Shown here one piece after another: positions 26,065-39,052 of a stretch of DNA of 64,000 nt. The DNA lies in the NCBI RefSeq assembly GCF_006345805.1, contig NC_043007.1:22258001-22322000 (forward strand), written 5' to 3'. The DNA is from Octopus sinensis. Lineage: Eukaryota. The notes below the pieces were generated by a model. It worked only from the letters and a program-made list of their open reading frames with translations, was not told the origin of the DNA and searched no databases. The first letter of the stretch is position 1, and each line of letters starts with the position of its first letter. The translations under genes were made by a program, and so were the position numbers.

Positions 26065-26975
26065 TTTTTTTCTCTCCTTGTTTTTTCTGTGTACCTTTCT
26101 GTAGAAGAGCGTAGGCTCAAAATGTAAAATACTTTTTCTGTTCCTGAGCGTTATACTAATACATCTGTTTGTTTTGTACACCACCTGTCTTCGTCTTTTG
26201 TTTTTTTTTTGTAAACTCTCCCTATATATTTATATATATACACACATGTAGTTTTGCTTTTTCCCTTTGTAGATTTCCTTCTTTCTTGTCTATTGTTGTC
26301 TGTTACAACCACCACCATCACCATCACCACAACCACCACCATCACCATCATCACAACACATCACCATTTGAACTTTTGAACTTTTATTAAAAGAAATCTT
26401 TCTTGTTTCTCTCTTTTTCCACTTCTTGTCTATCTATCTATGTGTCTGTTTTATCAGACCGGAGGAGTGCAACAATGCTAAGATTAGCAACTGGCACCAA
26501 AATGGAAGTTTTCAGCTGTGGGTAAAAACCTCAAATAAAACACGACTTTGTTTCCTTTTTCAAGCATGACAAATACTTTCTCCAGCCTTCTATTGACACT
26601 TAATTGCATTTATTTGCACTAATGTTTGATTTTTTTTCCTCCCATTTCTTTCTTTCTAGTTTTACCTCTACTACAGATCAGATTTGTCTAGCCAGTACTG
26701 GATTATTATTATTATCATCATCATTATTATCAACATCATCATCATTATTATCATCATTATTGTATGTTTGACTTTTGCTTTACATTTGTACAAGTTGGCT
26801 CCAAGTCTCACCCAGAGACCTCAAGAAACAACAAGTTGGAAGTTCATGTTAGTGTTATGCCTAGGGTGCCATATATTTAGTTTTATACATAATGTTGTTC
26901 TAGAGAATGTTTAAGAAACATAAGAAAATTATGTTTGTTTTAAAACCTGAGATTACATAGAAATTATTATTATTA

Positions 26976-27032
<57 letters not shown>

Positions 27033-27040
27033 TATCATCA

Positions 27041-27087
<47 letters not shown>

Positions 27088-27421
27088 TATTATTATTATT
27101 ATCATTATTATTATTATTGTGGAAGCGCAATGGCCCAGTGGTTAGGGCAGCAGACTCACGGTCATAGGATCGCAGTTTTGATTCCCAGACCGGGTGTTGT
27201 GTGTGTTTATAGAGTGAAAACACCTAAAAGCTCCACGAGGCTTCGGCAGGGGGTGGTGGCGACCCCTGTTCTACTCTTTTGCCACAATTTTCTCTCGCTG
27301 TCTCTTCCTGTTTTTTGAGTAACACTGTGGTGGACTGGCGTCCCGTCCAACTGGGGGGAACACATACGCCACAGAAACCGGGAAACTGGGCCCATGAGCC
27401 TGGCTAGGCTTGAAAAGGGTG

Positions 27422-27480
<59 letters not shown>

Positions 27481-27839
27481 CATTATTATTATTATCATTA
27501 TTATTATTATTATTTCCAAAATTAGCGTAACCTCTCAGTGAAATATATTCTCACATGTTACTCTTTGTGACAATAATTAAGAACTCATTATCATTAATTA
27601 CAATCATTAGATAACCTAGAATGGTTGCAGTTTGTTTTTAATATAACTATAGCAAAGTAATTTAGTGTCTTCAGTTTTTGGTTTCTTCTTCCTCTCCCCA
27701 CCCCTGTACTAATAATGCTGCTGCTATTATCATTTCTTTGTCTTCTGTCATATTTGTTTGTTTGCTTCCACCGTTTTTGTTTCCTTGAATTATTGATTAG
27801 ACGTCTGATAGATACAACTTAACACATATGCTAATGTAT

Positions 27840-27870
<31 letters not shown>

Positions 27871-28865
27871 TGCACGCATGCACACATATATGTATATTAG
27901 GTCTGAAAGAAAGCCCTTTGGTGGAGGCACATGGCCTAGTGGTTAGAGCAGCGGACTCGCGGTCGAGGGATCATGGGTTCAAATCTCAGACGGGGCGATG
28001 TGTGTGTTTATGAGTGAAACACCTAAGCTCCACGTGGCTCCGGCAGTGGGTAATGGCAAAAATTCTGCTGACTCTTTTGCCACAACTTTCTCTCACTCTT
28101 TCCTCCTGCATTTTGCAGCTCACCTGCGATGGACGGTGTCCCGTCCAGGTGGGGAACCTATACACCAATGAAACTGGGAAACCGGCCCTTATGACCCAGC
28201 CATGGCTCGAGAAGCAACTAACAACAAAGAAAGCCCTTTAAGATGGAAAAGAAACAGATGCTTCTTTGGTCTCAGTGAATATAGTTAATCAAGATAAGAT
28301 TTCCCTTCATGATTCATAATATAATTCCAGCTTTTTGGCAAATAGTTTATTTCTCAGGCATAAAATTCTTCAGGTTCCAAAGCATAGAAACACTCTATCA
28401 TTTTTAAGCTTATCACAATTGTCTCTAAATGATGTCGCAATGATCTGAAAAGATCATTGGTGCAGGAGTGGCTGTGTGGTAAGTAGCTTGCTTACCAACC
28501 ACATGGTTCCGGGTTCAGTCCCACTGCATGGCACCTTGGGCAAGTGTCTTCTACTATAGCCTTGAGCTGACCAAAGCCTTGTGAGTGGATTTGGTAGACG
28601 GAAACTGAAAGAAGCCTGTCGCATATATATGTGTATATACATAATGTATGTGTGTGTGTATACGTTTGTGTGTCTGTGTTTGTCTCTCCAACATCGCTTG
28701 ACAACCGATGGTGGTGTGTTTACGTCCCCGTAACTTAGCAGTTCAGCAAAAGAGATTGATAGAATAAGTACTGGGCTTCCAGAGAATAAGTCCTGGGGTC
28801 GATTTGCTCGTCTAAAAGGCGGTGCTCCAGCATGGCCACAGTCAATGACTAAAACAAGTAAAAGA

Positions 28866-28910
<45 letters not shown>

Positions 28911-29826
28911 GCAAATAAGAAAATGGAGAAGCTGGTTCATTAATTTTAGGACATTAAAATGTTAACTTATTTATTTATTAAAATGATAATTATAATAACA
29001 TATAAATAGCATATTATTCTATGCATATAAAATAAGAATACAAGCAATTATTAAAAAACATGAATAAAAACACTTGTGTTTTAATAATTTGGGTATTATA
29101 CCAATAGCATTTTGGATAGATATTATCCCTTAGTGGGTTGGACCCACAACCCCTAACTTTCTTGGAGTTATATATATATCTATATATCTGTAAAATAATA
29201 TGGGACAATTATTCAGTAGCCAAGATAAAACTCTGAGTTTCGGATGCCAGGGTGGAAATCCACACCACCATCTCTTCGGTTATCTGGCCAGATAACCGAA
29301 ACTCAGAGTTTTATCTTGGCTACCGAATAATTGTCACATATTATATTTACAGATAAATTTCCTCTATTTACATAATATTGAGGTCTCTTTCTTTCTTTTG
29401 TTATCTTACCGCTTTTACCAATATATATATATATATATACAAAATAAGCAAATGGAGAAATACATCTTAATCATCATTCATGTACATTGTTTTGTTCTAT
29501 ATTATTATGTTTGACCTTAATGTTCATATGTAATGGTTTAATAAATTACGTGATTGGGTATTATCTGGTAGTTGATCATTGATTAAAGTGTGTTTCTCCA
29601 TTTTCTTATTTTGTATTATTAATTTGTGGTAAAACATTTTACCTTTGCCCATATAATACAGAAAATGAATTAATTGCATCGCAATTCTTAACATTTATGT
29701 ATTAACTTTGTTGGGTGCTTTACTAGCAGTATATTGGATATATGTTATCCCATGGAGGGTTGCACTCACAACCCCTATCTCAATTTATACACATATATAT
29801 ATATATCTATATATATATAGATATAT

Positions 29827-29861
<35 letters not shown>

Positions 29862-32800
29862 TGTGTATTGGTTGCTAAATGTCTTGAATTATTAAAATAC
29901 CCTGAAGTAAAATGGAGATATAGAGAGATTGAGTGAAACAGTAAGACAGTGAGAGAGAGAGTGTGAATTTTGTTAGACAGGTAAATGAAAAAGTAGGGTA
30001 GACTCGTGCATGTGTGAAAATTAAGATTGAGAGAGGGTGAATCTTGCATTATATAGTTTAATCCTCCTTTAACCTAACATGTAACTTCCTATATTGCTTT
30101 CTTAAATCTGACACATTCAGATTTTTCTTATTTATCATTTTCAGAAGCTTGATCTTGACAGACCTTGCTTTACTCTTTCACTTTCTTAAATCCGATACAT
30201 TAAATACTATAGTGAAAGATATTGGTCTGTCTGGATTTAAAGGGTGGTGGTCGTGGTTGGAATGTTTTGATCATAGGTCATCTCATTCAGATAAGAACTG
30301 GGGCGAAATAACAACTCAGCTTTTTATATCTTTAGAGTCTAATGAAATAGATACTAGTTGTTAAGTCAGCTGCAGCCATGATAGTCCCCCAAAAAACTGC
30401 CTCGTGTCTAGGGAAGAAATCATTGTAGATGTGTATTGATTTCTGTCCTACAAAATACAGGTTGAATAATGCGATTGTTATTCTTGATGATATAAATTTA
30501 GTTTAATTTCATCAAATATGAAATGAACATAAAATCAAAAAAGGGAAAAAAAGCTAATACTGAATCAACAAATATATAAATATGTATTCTATTGTGTCTG
30601 GGGAGAGTCATTTTCTTTTTGTGCCTTATAATGTAAGACACTCACCGGTAAAATTTCCATTTTTTTCTTATTTTTCTTTTCCTAAAATTTTCGTTGTGTC
30701 TTGCAACCTTTTCAAAAAATAAGAAAAATGTGGAAATTTTACTGGTGAGTGTGTTACATAATAAGGCACAAAAAGAAAATGACTCTCTGCAGACACAACA
30801 AAATATGCTTCAATACACAAACTCATATAAAGAATCTTGCAAACCAAATCCAAAAGCGAAATATAAATATGTAGTTAACATCTTTAAGTAGATAGCTCAA
30901 ATATTTATAACTAGATTACCTGTGACCCATTGGGTCACTGGGAAACCTCTTAGTTTCCCAGCAACAGGGCTTTGTTTCATGGGTTTTTTCTTTTCCATGT
31001 TATTTCACATGCTTTCAACGAATGTGAAATTGAAATATTAGAGTTTCTTCCTTTTCAGGATGAAGTTAAATTCGGATCATTTTCCCATTATACACCGTTT
31101 GGGCATTTATACCCCAAACCCCGAATATCTAAATAACTACTGCTCCAATTTATGCAAAAGTCACTCTTCTCACCATAGCAACCGCATCTTTCCAGATGGC
31201 AGGTTTTAACCTACTCAACTCTCTGCCTCATCACGCCTTCTATGCTTGTGTCAATTTTCAGCTCGATCCGACCACTGGTCTGGCCGTTAACCTCTGACGT
31301 AGCAAAATGTGCAAACAATTTTGACCCAAAGCCTCTTTTATATATCTCTCTCTTTTCTCTTTTCTCTTTACTCTTTTACTTGTTTCAGTCATTTGACTGC
31401 GGTCATGCTGGAGCACCACCTTTAGTCGATCAAATCGACCCCGGGACTTATTCTTTGTAAGCCCAATACTTATTCTATCGGTCTCTTTTGCCGAACCGCT
31501 AAGTGACGGGGACGTAAACACACCAGCATCGGTTGTCAAGCAATGCTAGGGGGGACAAACACAGACACACAAACATATACACACATATATATATACATAT
31601 ATACGACAGGCTTCTTTCAGTTTCCGTCTACCAAATCCACTCACAAGGCATTGGTCGGCCTGGGGCTATAGCAGAAGACACTTGCCCAAGATGCCACGCA
31701 GTGGGACTGAACCCAGAAACCATGTGGTTGGTTAGCAAGCTACTTACCACACAGCCACTCCTGCGCCTATATATATATATAGAAAATTTTAAAATATCCA
31801 AGTTTGATGGCTTATAGGATGCATTTTTTATAAAAAAAAAAGGGGTCTCGGAAGTCCCCTCGGGTCTTAAGTAAAGTTGGATCTAAATTACATGTTTTAA
31901 TGCACTAAAAATGTTTCTTTTCCTGGATATGGACTGCTGATATTGGGATGCATCTAATATGCTAATTTGTTTGTTCCTTCTCAAGCCATGCGTGGCTCAT
32001 TAGGGCCGGTTTCCCAGTTTCCTTGGCGTATAGGTTCTCCACCTGGACGGGACACCAGTCCATCGCAGGTGAGCTGCAAGATGCAGGAGGAAAGAGTGAG
32101 AGAAAGTTTTGGCAAAAGAGTCAGCAGAAGTTTCGTCATTACCTTCTGCCGGAGCTTAGGTGTTTCGCTCATAAACACACACATTGCCTGGTCTGAGATT
32201 CGAACCCGCAATCCCTCGACTGCGAGTCCGCTGCTCTAACCACTAGGCCATGTGTCTCCACATAATAAATAAATGTGCCCTTTTAAAGCCTAGCCAGGCT
32301 CATGGGCCCAGTTTCCCGGTTTCTAAGGAGTATGTGTTCCCCAGCTGGATGGGAGTGAGAGAAAGTTGTGGTGAAAGAGTCAGCAGAAATTCGCCATTAC
32401 CTTCTGCTGGAGCCACGTGGAGCTTAGGTGTTTCGCTCATAAACACACACACTGCCCTGTCTGAGATTCGAACCCACGATCCCTCGACCACGAGTCCACT
32501 GCTCTAACCACTAGGCCATGTGCCTCCACAATATGCTAATTACTAGACTTTAATAACTTGTTAATTAGCCACAGCATCAAAAGTTTGAAGGTCTTTTGTA
32601 TTAAGTTAGAATGATACCTTTAAATATTAAATTAGATATTAAATTTAATTTAATATTTAAGTATTAAATTAGAATGATACCTTTGACAAGTTGTGGTGCA
32701 CCTGAGCACTCTCTTTACTCTTTACTCTTTTACATGTTTCAGTCATTTGACTGCGGCCATGCTGGAGCACCGTCTTTAGTCGATCAAATCGAACCTGGGA

Positions 32801-35290
32801 CTTATTCCTTGTAAGCCCAGTACTTATTCTATCGGTCTCTTTTGCCGAACCGCTAAGTGACGGGGACGTAAACACACCAGCATCGGTTGTCAAGCAATGC
32901 TAGGGGGACAAACACAGACACACAAACACATACACATACATACATATACATACATATATATACATATATACGACAGGCTTCTTTCAGTTTCCGTCTGAAG
33001 GCATTGGTCGGCCCGGAGCTATTGCAGAAGACACTTGCCCAAGATGCCACACAGTGGGACTGAACCCAGAACCATGTGGTTGGTTAGCAAGCTACTTACC
33101 ACACAGCCACTCCTGCGGCTATACAATAATTTCATTATATTATATTATATATTATATTAATATGTCATTCCTTTTTTAAGGTAGTCGGGTGTGATTTGAG
33201 AGACTTAGCTTCTAATTATAGTCAAACAACAAAGTAGGCGCTCCTTCTTTCGCTCCTCAAATATTGTATTTTAATTTGCTAAATATACCCCAGAGAGGTT
33301 GGGGTATATCGTTGAGTAGTTGCAAGCAATCAACGGCAGCATGTTTCTTCTAGCTTCTTGCTTGCTATGTTTGTTATTTATTATTTCATTGTGATATTTG
33401 TAATACAATACATGTATCCTTGTTTATCACTGCGTTCATCACTGATCCAGGATAACATGATACGCTCAATTGTAAGCCATGCTAAGCTTATCACAAATTG
33501 ATCCGTATTATGTTACACAGACTGACAAACAGCTGAAGATTCTGCTTGTACCACGAAAAACACACCTCAGCAAGCAATCACAATGCTCTACTACCCACAA
33601 TGCCTTACTACCCACAATGCTCTACAACCCACAATGCTCTGCTACCCAGAATGCACTGACTAGCACTTGTATTTTACATGGACTAGCAGTATAGCCTGGT
33701 GTTGCTCGGGTGTGTTTTCTTTTTGACCCTTTAGAATTGGAATTTTTGAAAAGTAAAAATTTTGCATTATGTAGCTTGTTATTCTCTTTAAGTGAACATT
33801 TTTCTGGTTGAAATACACCGAAAAATGGTGTGACACAGCAGTAAAAAAATCATTAAAAAATAGGGATTTTCATAGAAAAAAAGCACCTTTTTGATGTAAA
33901 TAATTTTTGGTGTTAACATGGTTCGATTTGATAGCCTTCTTCTATCATACTCTCAATTTTGGTCAACTTGCGTTGCAGGATCTCGGAGGAGATAATGTTA
34001 GTTGAAGGCTACCAAACCTACCACACACAGAGAACTTCAGCTTTATAAATAAAGATTTATATCATGATGATTATAATGGGGATAATGAAAATGTACCCTT
34101 CAACATGAGACCAGTGAACAGGAAAGCAAAAATATGAAGGTGCCTGATCCTAACAAATCTTGTTGACAAGTGTACTCTTTACAGGAAAGGTAGAAATGAT
34201 GTAGGACATAAGTGACAGTGGAAGCTCCATTGCTGCGAGCCCCGAGTTTGGTGCCAATGCATCTACCATTTGTTCAATTTGCAAAGTGTAGGGAGATGAT
34301 TCGTTTCTCACTGATTCTTTTTTCCATTTTTTTTTTTGACCAAACCCCTATGATAAACGAGAGTAGATGTATTTCAAACGAGACATGTCAACTTTTGTTT
34401 CATCCCATACTAAACAGGCAGAATGTTGGTGCTGTCAAATGCTTCATGTATAATTTTTTAATTTCAGCATGGATATCATGCTTCTATAAAAACTATATGT
34501 ATGCTACTTTTTTTTGTAATATCTAAGTCTGTTTATACATATTTATTTATGAACATTCATTTATGAATGTATCTATTCATGCATGCATTTAATATATGTA
34601 AATGTGTTCTTGATGAGATCAATTTTTCCAGTAATTTAAAACACAAAACTTTAATGAAGGTAAGTCGTTATTTAACTGCTGCGTTTCATTACAGGAAGAG
34701 AAGTGTGGCTTACATTTCAGCAGGTTTTGGTCAATAACTGGTTCCTCTCTTGAGTTTGTTTGAGATAGTCCTTCTTTCTCCCTTACATTCTTCTCCACAT
34801 TCAGCAACCTCTTGTAGTGACATTTTCAAGCCTCTTCCTCAGTAGCATTGGTTTGGTTAAGTATGCTAGACACACTTTGCGCCAAAGTGTCTTGATTCAC
34901 ATGGACAAACGGTTTTGCAATCCAGAGCACTTTAAAACTTCTAATCTTTTCATTATTAAACAAAAGCATACCTCTTATTTCAGTTTCCTTCTATGTTACA
35001 TATACCTGGCATCTAATTTCTCATTTAACCACCTGATAATGTTCCCTGCACCCTGCTTTCATTAAGTTTTCCAGACCCATTTCCTAGTTTTTATAACTAA
35101 CTATAGTATTGTTCTACCACCATATTACCTTTTGTGTGGCTTGTTTTTTACTCCAGCCACTGATTTCATCAATGACTAACAGTAGGTGGGCTTAAAAAAA
35201 ATCTCAAACTTGTCCTGCATGTTATAGATCAATATCTCTCCCTCCTTCACACCATATGACTAACCTACAACCTGCTAGAATCCATGTTTA

Positions 35291-35350
<60 letters not shown>

Positions 35351-38300
35351 TAATAATAATAATAATGAAATTATTGTATACAGTGCTCAGGTGAACCACA
35401 ACTTGTCAAAAAGTGCGTATAAAGCATATGCAGTAATGTACAAATGTCTGGAAAGCGAACTGTGTATGAGTCAGATACATGCTTGTGTGTGTATGGAGGA
35501 GAGAAAAATCAGGTGTAGTGTTGGCGAATCTCAGAAAGCATGGAAGTTTTGAAGGATGCAGTGCTCCGACAACTAACAACTGATGCCGGCAGTTTGTTCC
35601 ATGCTTCAGCAACTCTTAGCGTGGTTCCATGCTTCAGCAACTCTTAGCGTAGATGGATCTTTCAGATTTTACCTTCCTTCTCCAGAATGTCTTGTGTGTC
35701 TGTGTTTAGTACTTACTGTAAAGTTACTAGTCTGTGTTTAGTACTTACTGTAAAGTTACTAGTCTGTGTTGAGTGGTTCAGTCTTCACTCAGTTAAGACA
35801 TAGTGTCCACAACCATCTGTCTATCCTGTTTCCTGATGAATACGAATGTGTGAAATATAATCCAATACAGCTTTTTCTGCTGATGATGTTTGATGCATGA
35901 AACTTGTACATAATTATAATTTATTGACATATCTTATTTCCAAAGATCAACAAAGGAAGGCTCCCGTATCCACGTGAAATTCATTGAGTATGATCCACTG
36001 GTTGACTCAAGCTGTATGTCATATGACATTTGGCTTAGGATTGCCAATGATATAAAAGTAAGTTCAACTATTATAATCCATTTTCTAATAAGTATTTTGA
36101 TTTTCTTTGTCACTTTGCTCTTTGGACATTGGCCATGCTGGGGCACTGCATCCAGCTCCCATGACTTCAGGAAACATATTTTCACGCTGAGAGTTGCTGA
36201 AGCATGGAACAAACTGCCGGCATCAGTTGTTAGTTGTCGGAGCACTGCATCCTTCAAAACTTCCATGCTTCCTGAGAGATTCGCCAACACTACACCTGAT
36301 CTTCTCCCCTCCATACACACGCAAGCATGTATCTGACTCGTACATTGTTCGCTTCCCAGACATTTGTACATTACTGCATATACTTTATACACACTTTCTG
36401 ACAAGTTGTGGTGTACCTGAGCACTGTATACAATAATTTCAATATTTTATAACATTGCCCTCTCCCCCACTAACACTTATTTCAGTTTGATACTGTTATG
36501 ATGCGGGTGTTTTCCACAGTTATAATGTGTGGCCACTGTTGCTGTTGCTGTTGAGCGAATGGTCTTCGTCCCAGAGCTCGCAAGATGGGAGAAGTCCAAA
36601 ACATGGTCCTTTGCTATTCGTAAGACCCGCAGAAGAGAAAGCAGGTCAACAGATGGATGAATGCTCTTCCTAATGCCAACCACTCCGAGAGTGTAGTGGG
36701 TGCTTTTTACGTGACTCCGGCACGGGGTCAGTCAGGCGGCACTGGTAATGACCTCGCTCGAATCTTTTTACACATGCCACTGGCACAGGTTCCAGTAAGG
36801 CGACGCTGGTAACGATCACGCTCGAATGGTGCCTTTTATATGCCACCAGCACAGAAGCCAGTTAGCCGCTCTGGCAACGATCACGCTCGGATGGTGCTCT
36901 TAGCACCCTACTAGCACGGGGCACAAGTGCCAGTAAGGCAACGTTGGTAATGATCACGCTTGAATGGTGCCTTTTAAGTGTCACTGGCACAGAAGCCGGT
37001 TAGCCGCTCTGTCAGCGATCACGCTCAGATGGTGCTCTTTGCACCCCGCTAGCACGGATGCCAGTCATCGAATTTGATTTTGATTTTGATTTTGATTTCA
37101 CTTGCCTCAACAGGTCTTCGCAAGAGATAATCTCACCAGCATTATTTTTCTTTAATTTCAGGCAGAGTATGAGAATTTCGATGGCTTTGTTATTCTACAT
37201 GGAACTGACACGATGGCTTATACAGCTTCAGCATTGTCGTTTATGTGTGAAAATCTTGGCAAACCCATCATTCTTACGGGTTCTCAGGTGTGTATATTAT
37301 GTGTCTGTTTGTGTATCTGCCACATGACTCTTGCATTTATGTAGTATATATGTATAGATATGAAAGCATGTGCATTGCTTTTACTCTCTTTTACTTGTTT
37401 CAGTCATTTGCCCGTGGCCATGCTGGAGCACCGCCTTTAGTCGAAAAAATCGACCCCCGGACTTATTCTTTATAAGCCTAGTACTTATTCTATCGGTCTC
37501 TTTTACCAAACTGCCAAGTTACGGGGACGTAAACACACCAGCATTGGTTGTCAAGCGATGTTGGGGGGACAAACACAGACACACAAACATAGGGGTATAT
37601 GTGTCTGTGGAGTACTCAGCCACTTGAATGTTAATTTCATGAGCATGTTTGTTCCTTCTCGAGCCATGTCAGGCTCATTAGGGCAGGTTTCCTGGTTTCC
37701 TTTTAATCAACCAAATGTGAACCATTTTGTTGCACAATGCGTCTCCATCTCTCCTTTAACTTGAAAATACCCTCTTCCCAGAATTGAAGGGGTTTCATGG
37801 CAAAGAATTCATCAAGGTATCTTTTTACGTCATGCAAGGAATTGAAATTTTTACCATTAAGACTATTCTGCAGAGACCTGAATAAGTGGAAATCCAAAGG
37901 AGCAATATCTGGTGAATATGGAGGGTAGGGTAACACCTCCCAGCCGAGCTGCAGCAATTTTTATCTGGTTCCCAAAGCATCAAGTGCCGAAAATGAACTT
38001 TATCTTCCATTTTAAAGGGTTACAGAATTAACACAGGTTATAGGAACATAAACCTTCTTCCATGGAAAGATAGCTTAAACTGTGCTCTAAATGGAAGTGT
38101 AGTCAAATCTTATTTTATGGACTCAACCATGTTCTAAAATAAGTCGAAATGTAAGCTACTATAAATCGGCATGAACTTTCCGGACAACCCAATATTTTAA
38201 CAATTTTGTTTATACAATTCCTTATAATATTTAATTATAAAAATGTAATAAGATTTTTTTAAAACCATTGAATGACATTGAAAGGGACCTGTAGAATAGA

Positions 38301-39000
38301 ATAGGTATCAAAGGGACACATTGAAATATAAAAGAAACAGCTGAGTACTGATGCTCTAAATGGATTCTGTGACCCAAACTCCTTTAACTCTTTAGCATTC
38401 TAAAATAAGTCGAAAGGTAAGCTACTATAAATTGGCATGAACTTTCCGGACAACACAATATTTTCTACCTAGATGTAAATTGTAGTGTGTCTGAGATTCG
38501 AATATAAAGGCACCCACCTTCTCTTTGCTCTGATAGAGCCCCTTCAGTGGTAACGGATCCTTCGTCACAGCCCCAACCCGAACGCTAAAGATAGCAGCTG
38601 CTTCACCCAACCTTAGCAACATCTTCACACGTCTTAACACCTCGACGACCCTCGTTCGAAAGGCCGATATCGCCGCTCGCTAGGCGCGCCTTACGACTGC
38701 CCCTTCTGGTTGGCCCCAACTTCCGGTCAGCTCACCCAGCTGCTGACGTCATCCCACATAAATATCGAAATTTTTGTCCCATTTCTAAAGATGAAGTTAA
38801 TCGTTTGGAAAATGTTAATCCTGTTATTGAATTAATACCACAGTTAATATCCTTTTGCTTCTCATTTTCCAGATTCCGGTTATAGAACTGCGCAGTGATG
38901 GTTATGTCAACTTCATCTCATCTCTAATTGTAGCTGCTAATTATTGCATCCCAGAGGTATGGAAAACACACTCACACAGACACACATTAAAACATACACA

Positions 39001-39052
<52 letters not shown>

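Noticed and set aside
30145-30363. Acceptor-like ttttcag followed by a 71-aa ORF inside the long ASPG intron
   Set aside because: The flanking ASPG exons already join in frame; no donor or homology recognised.
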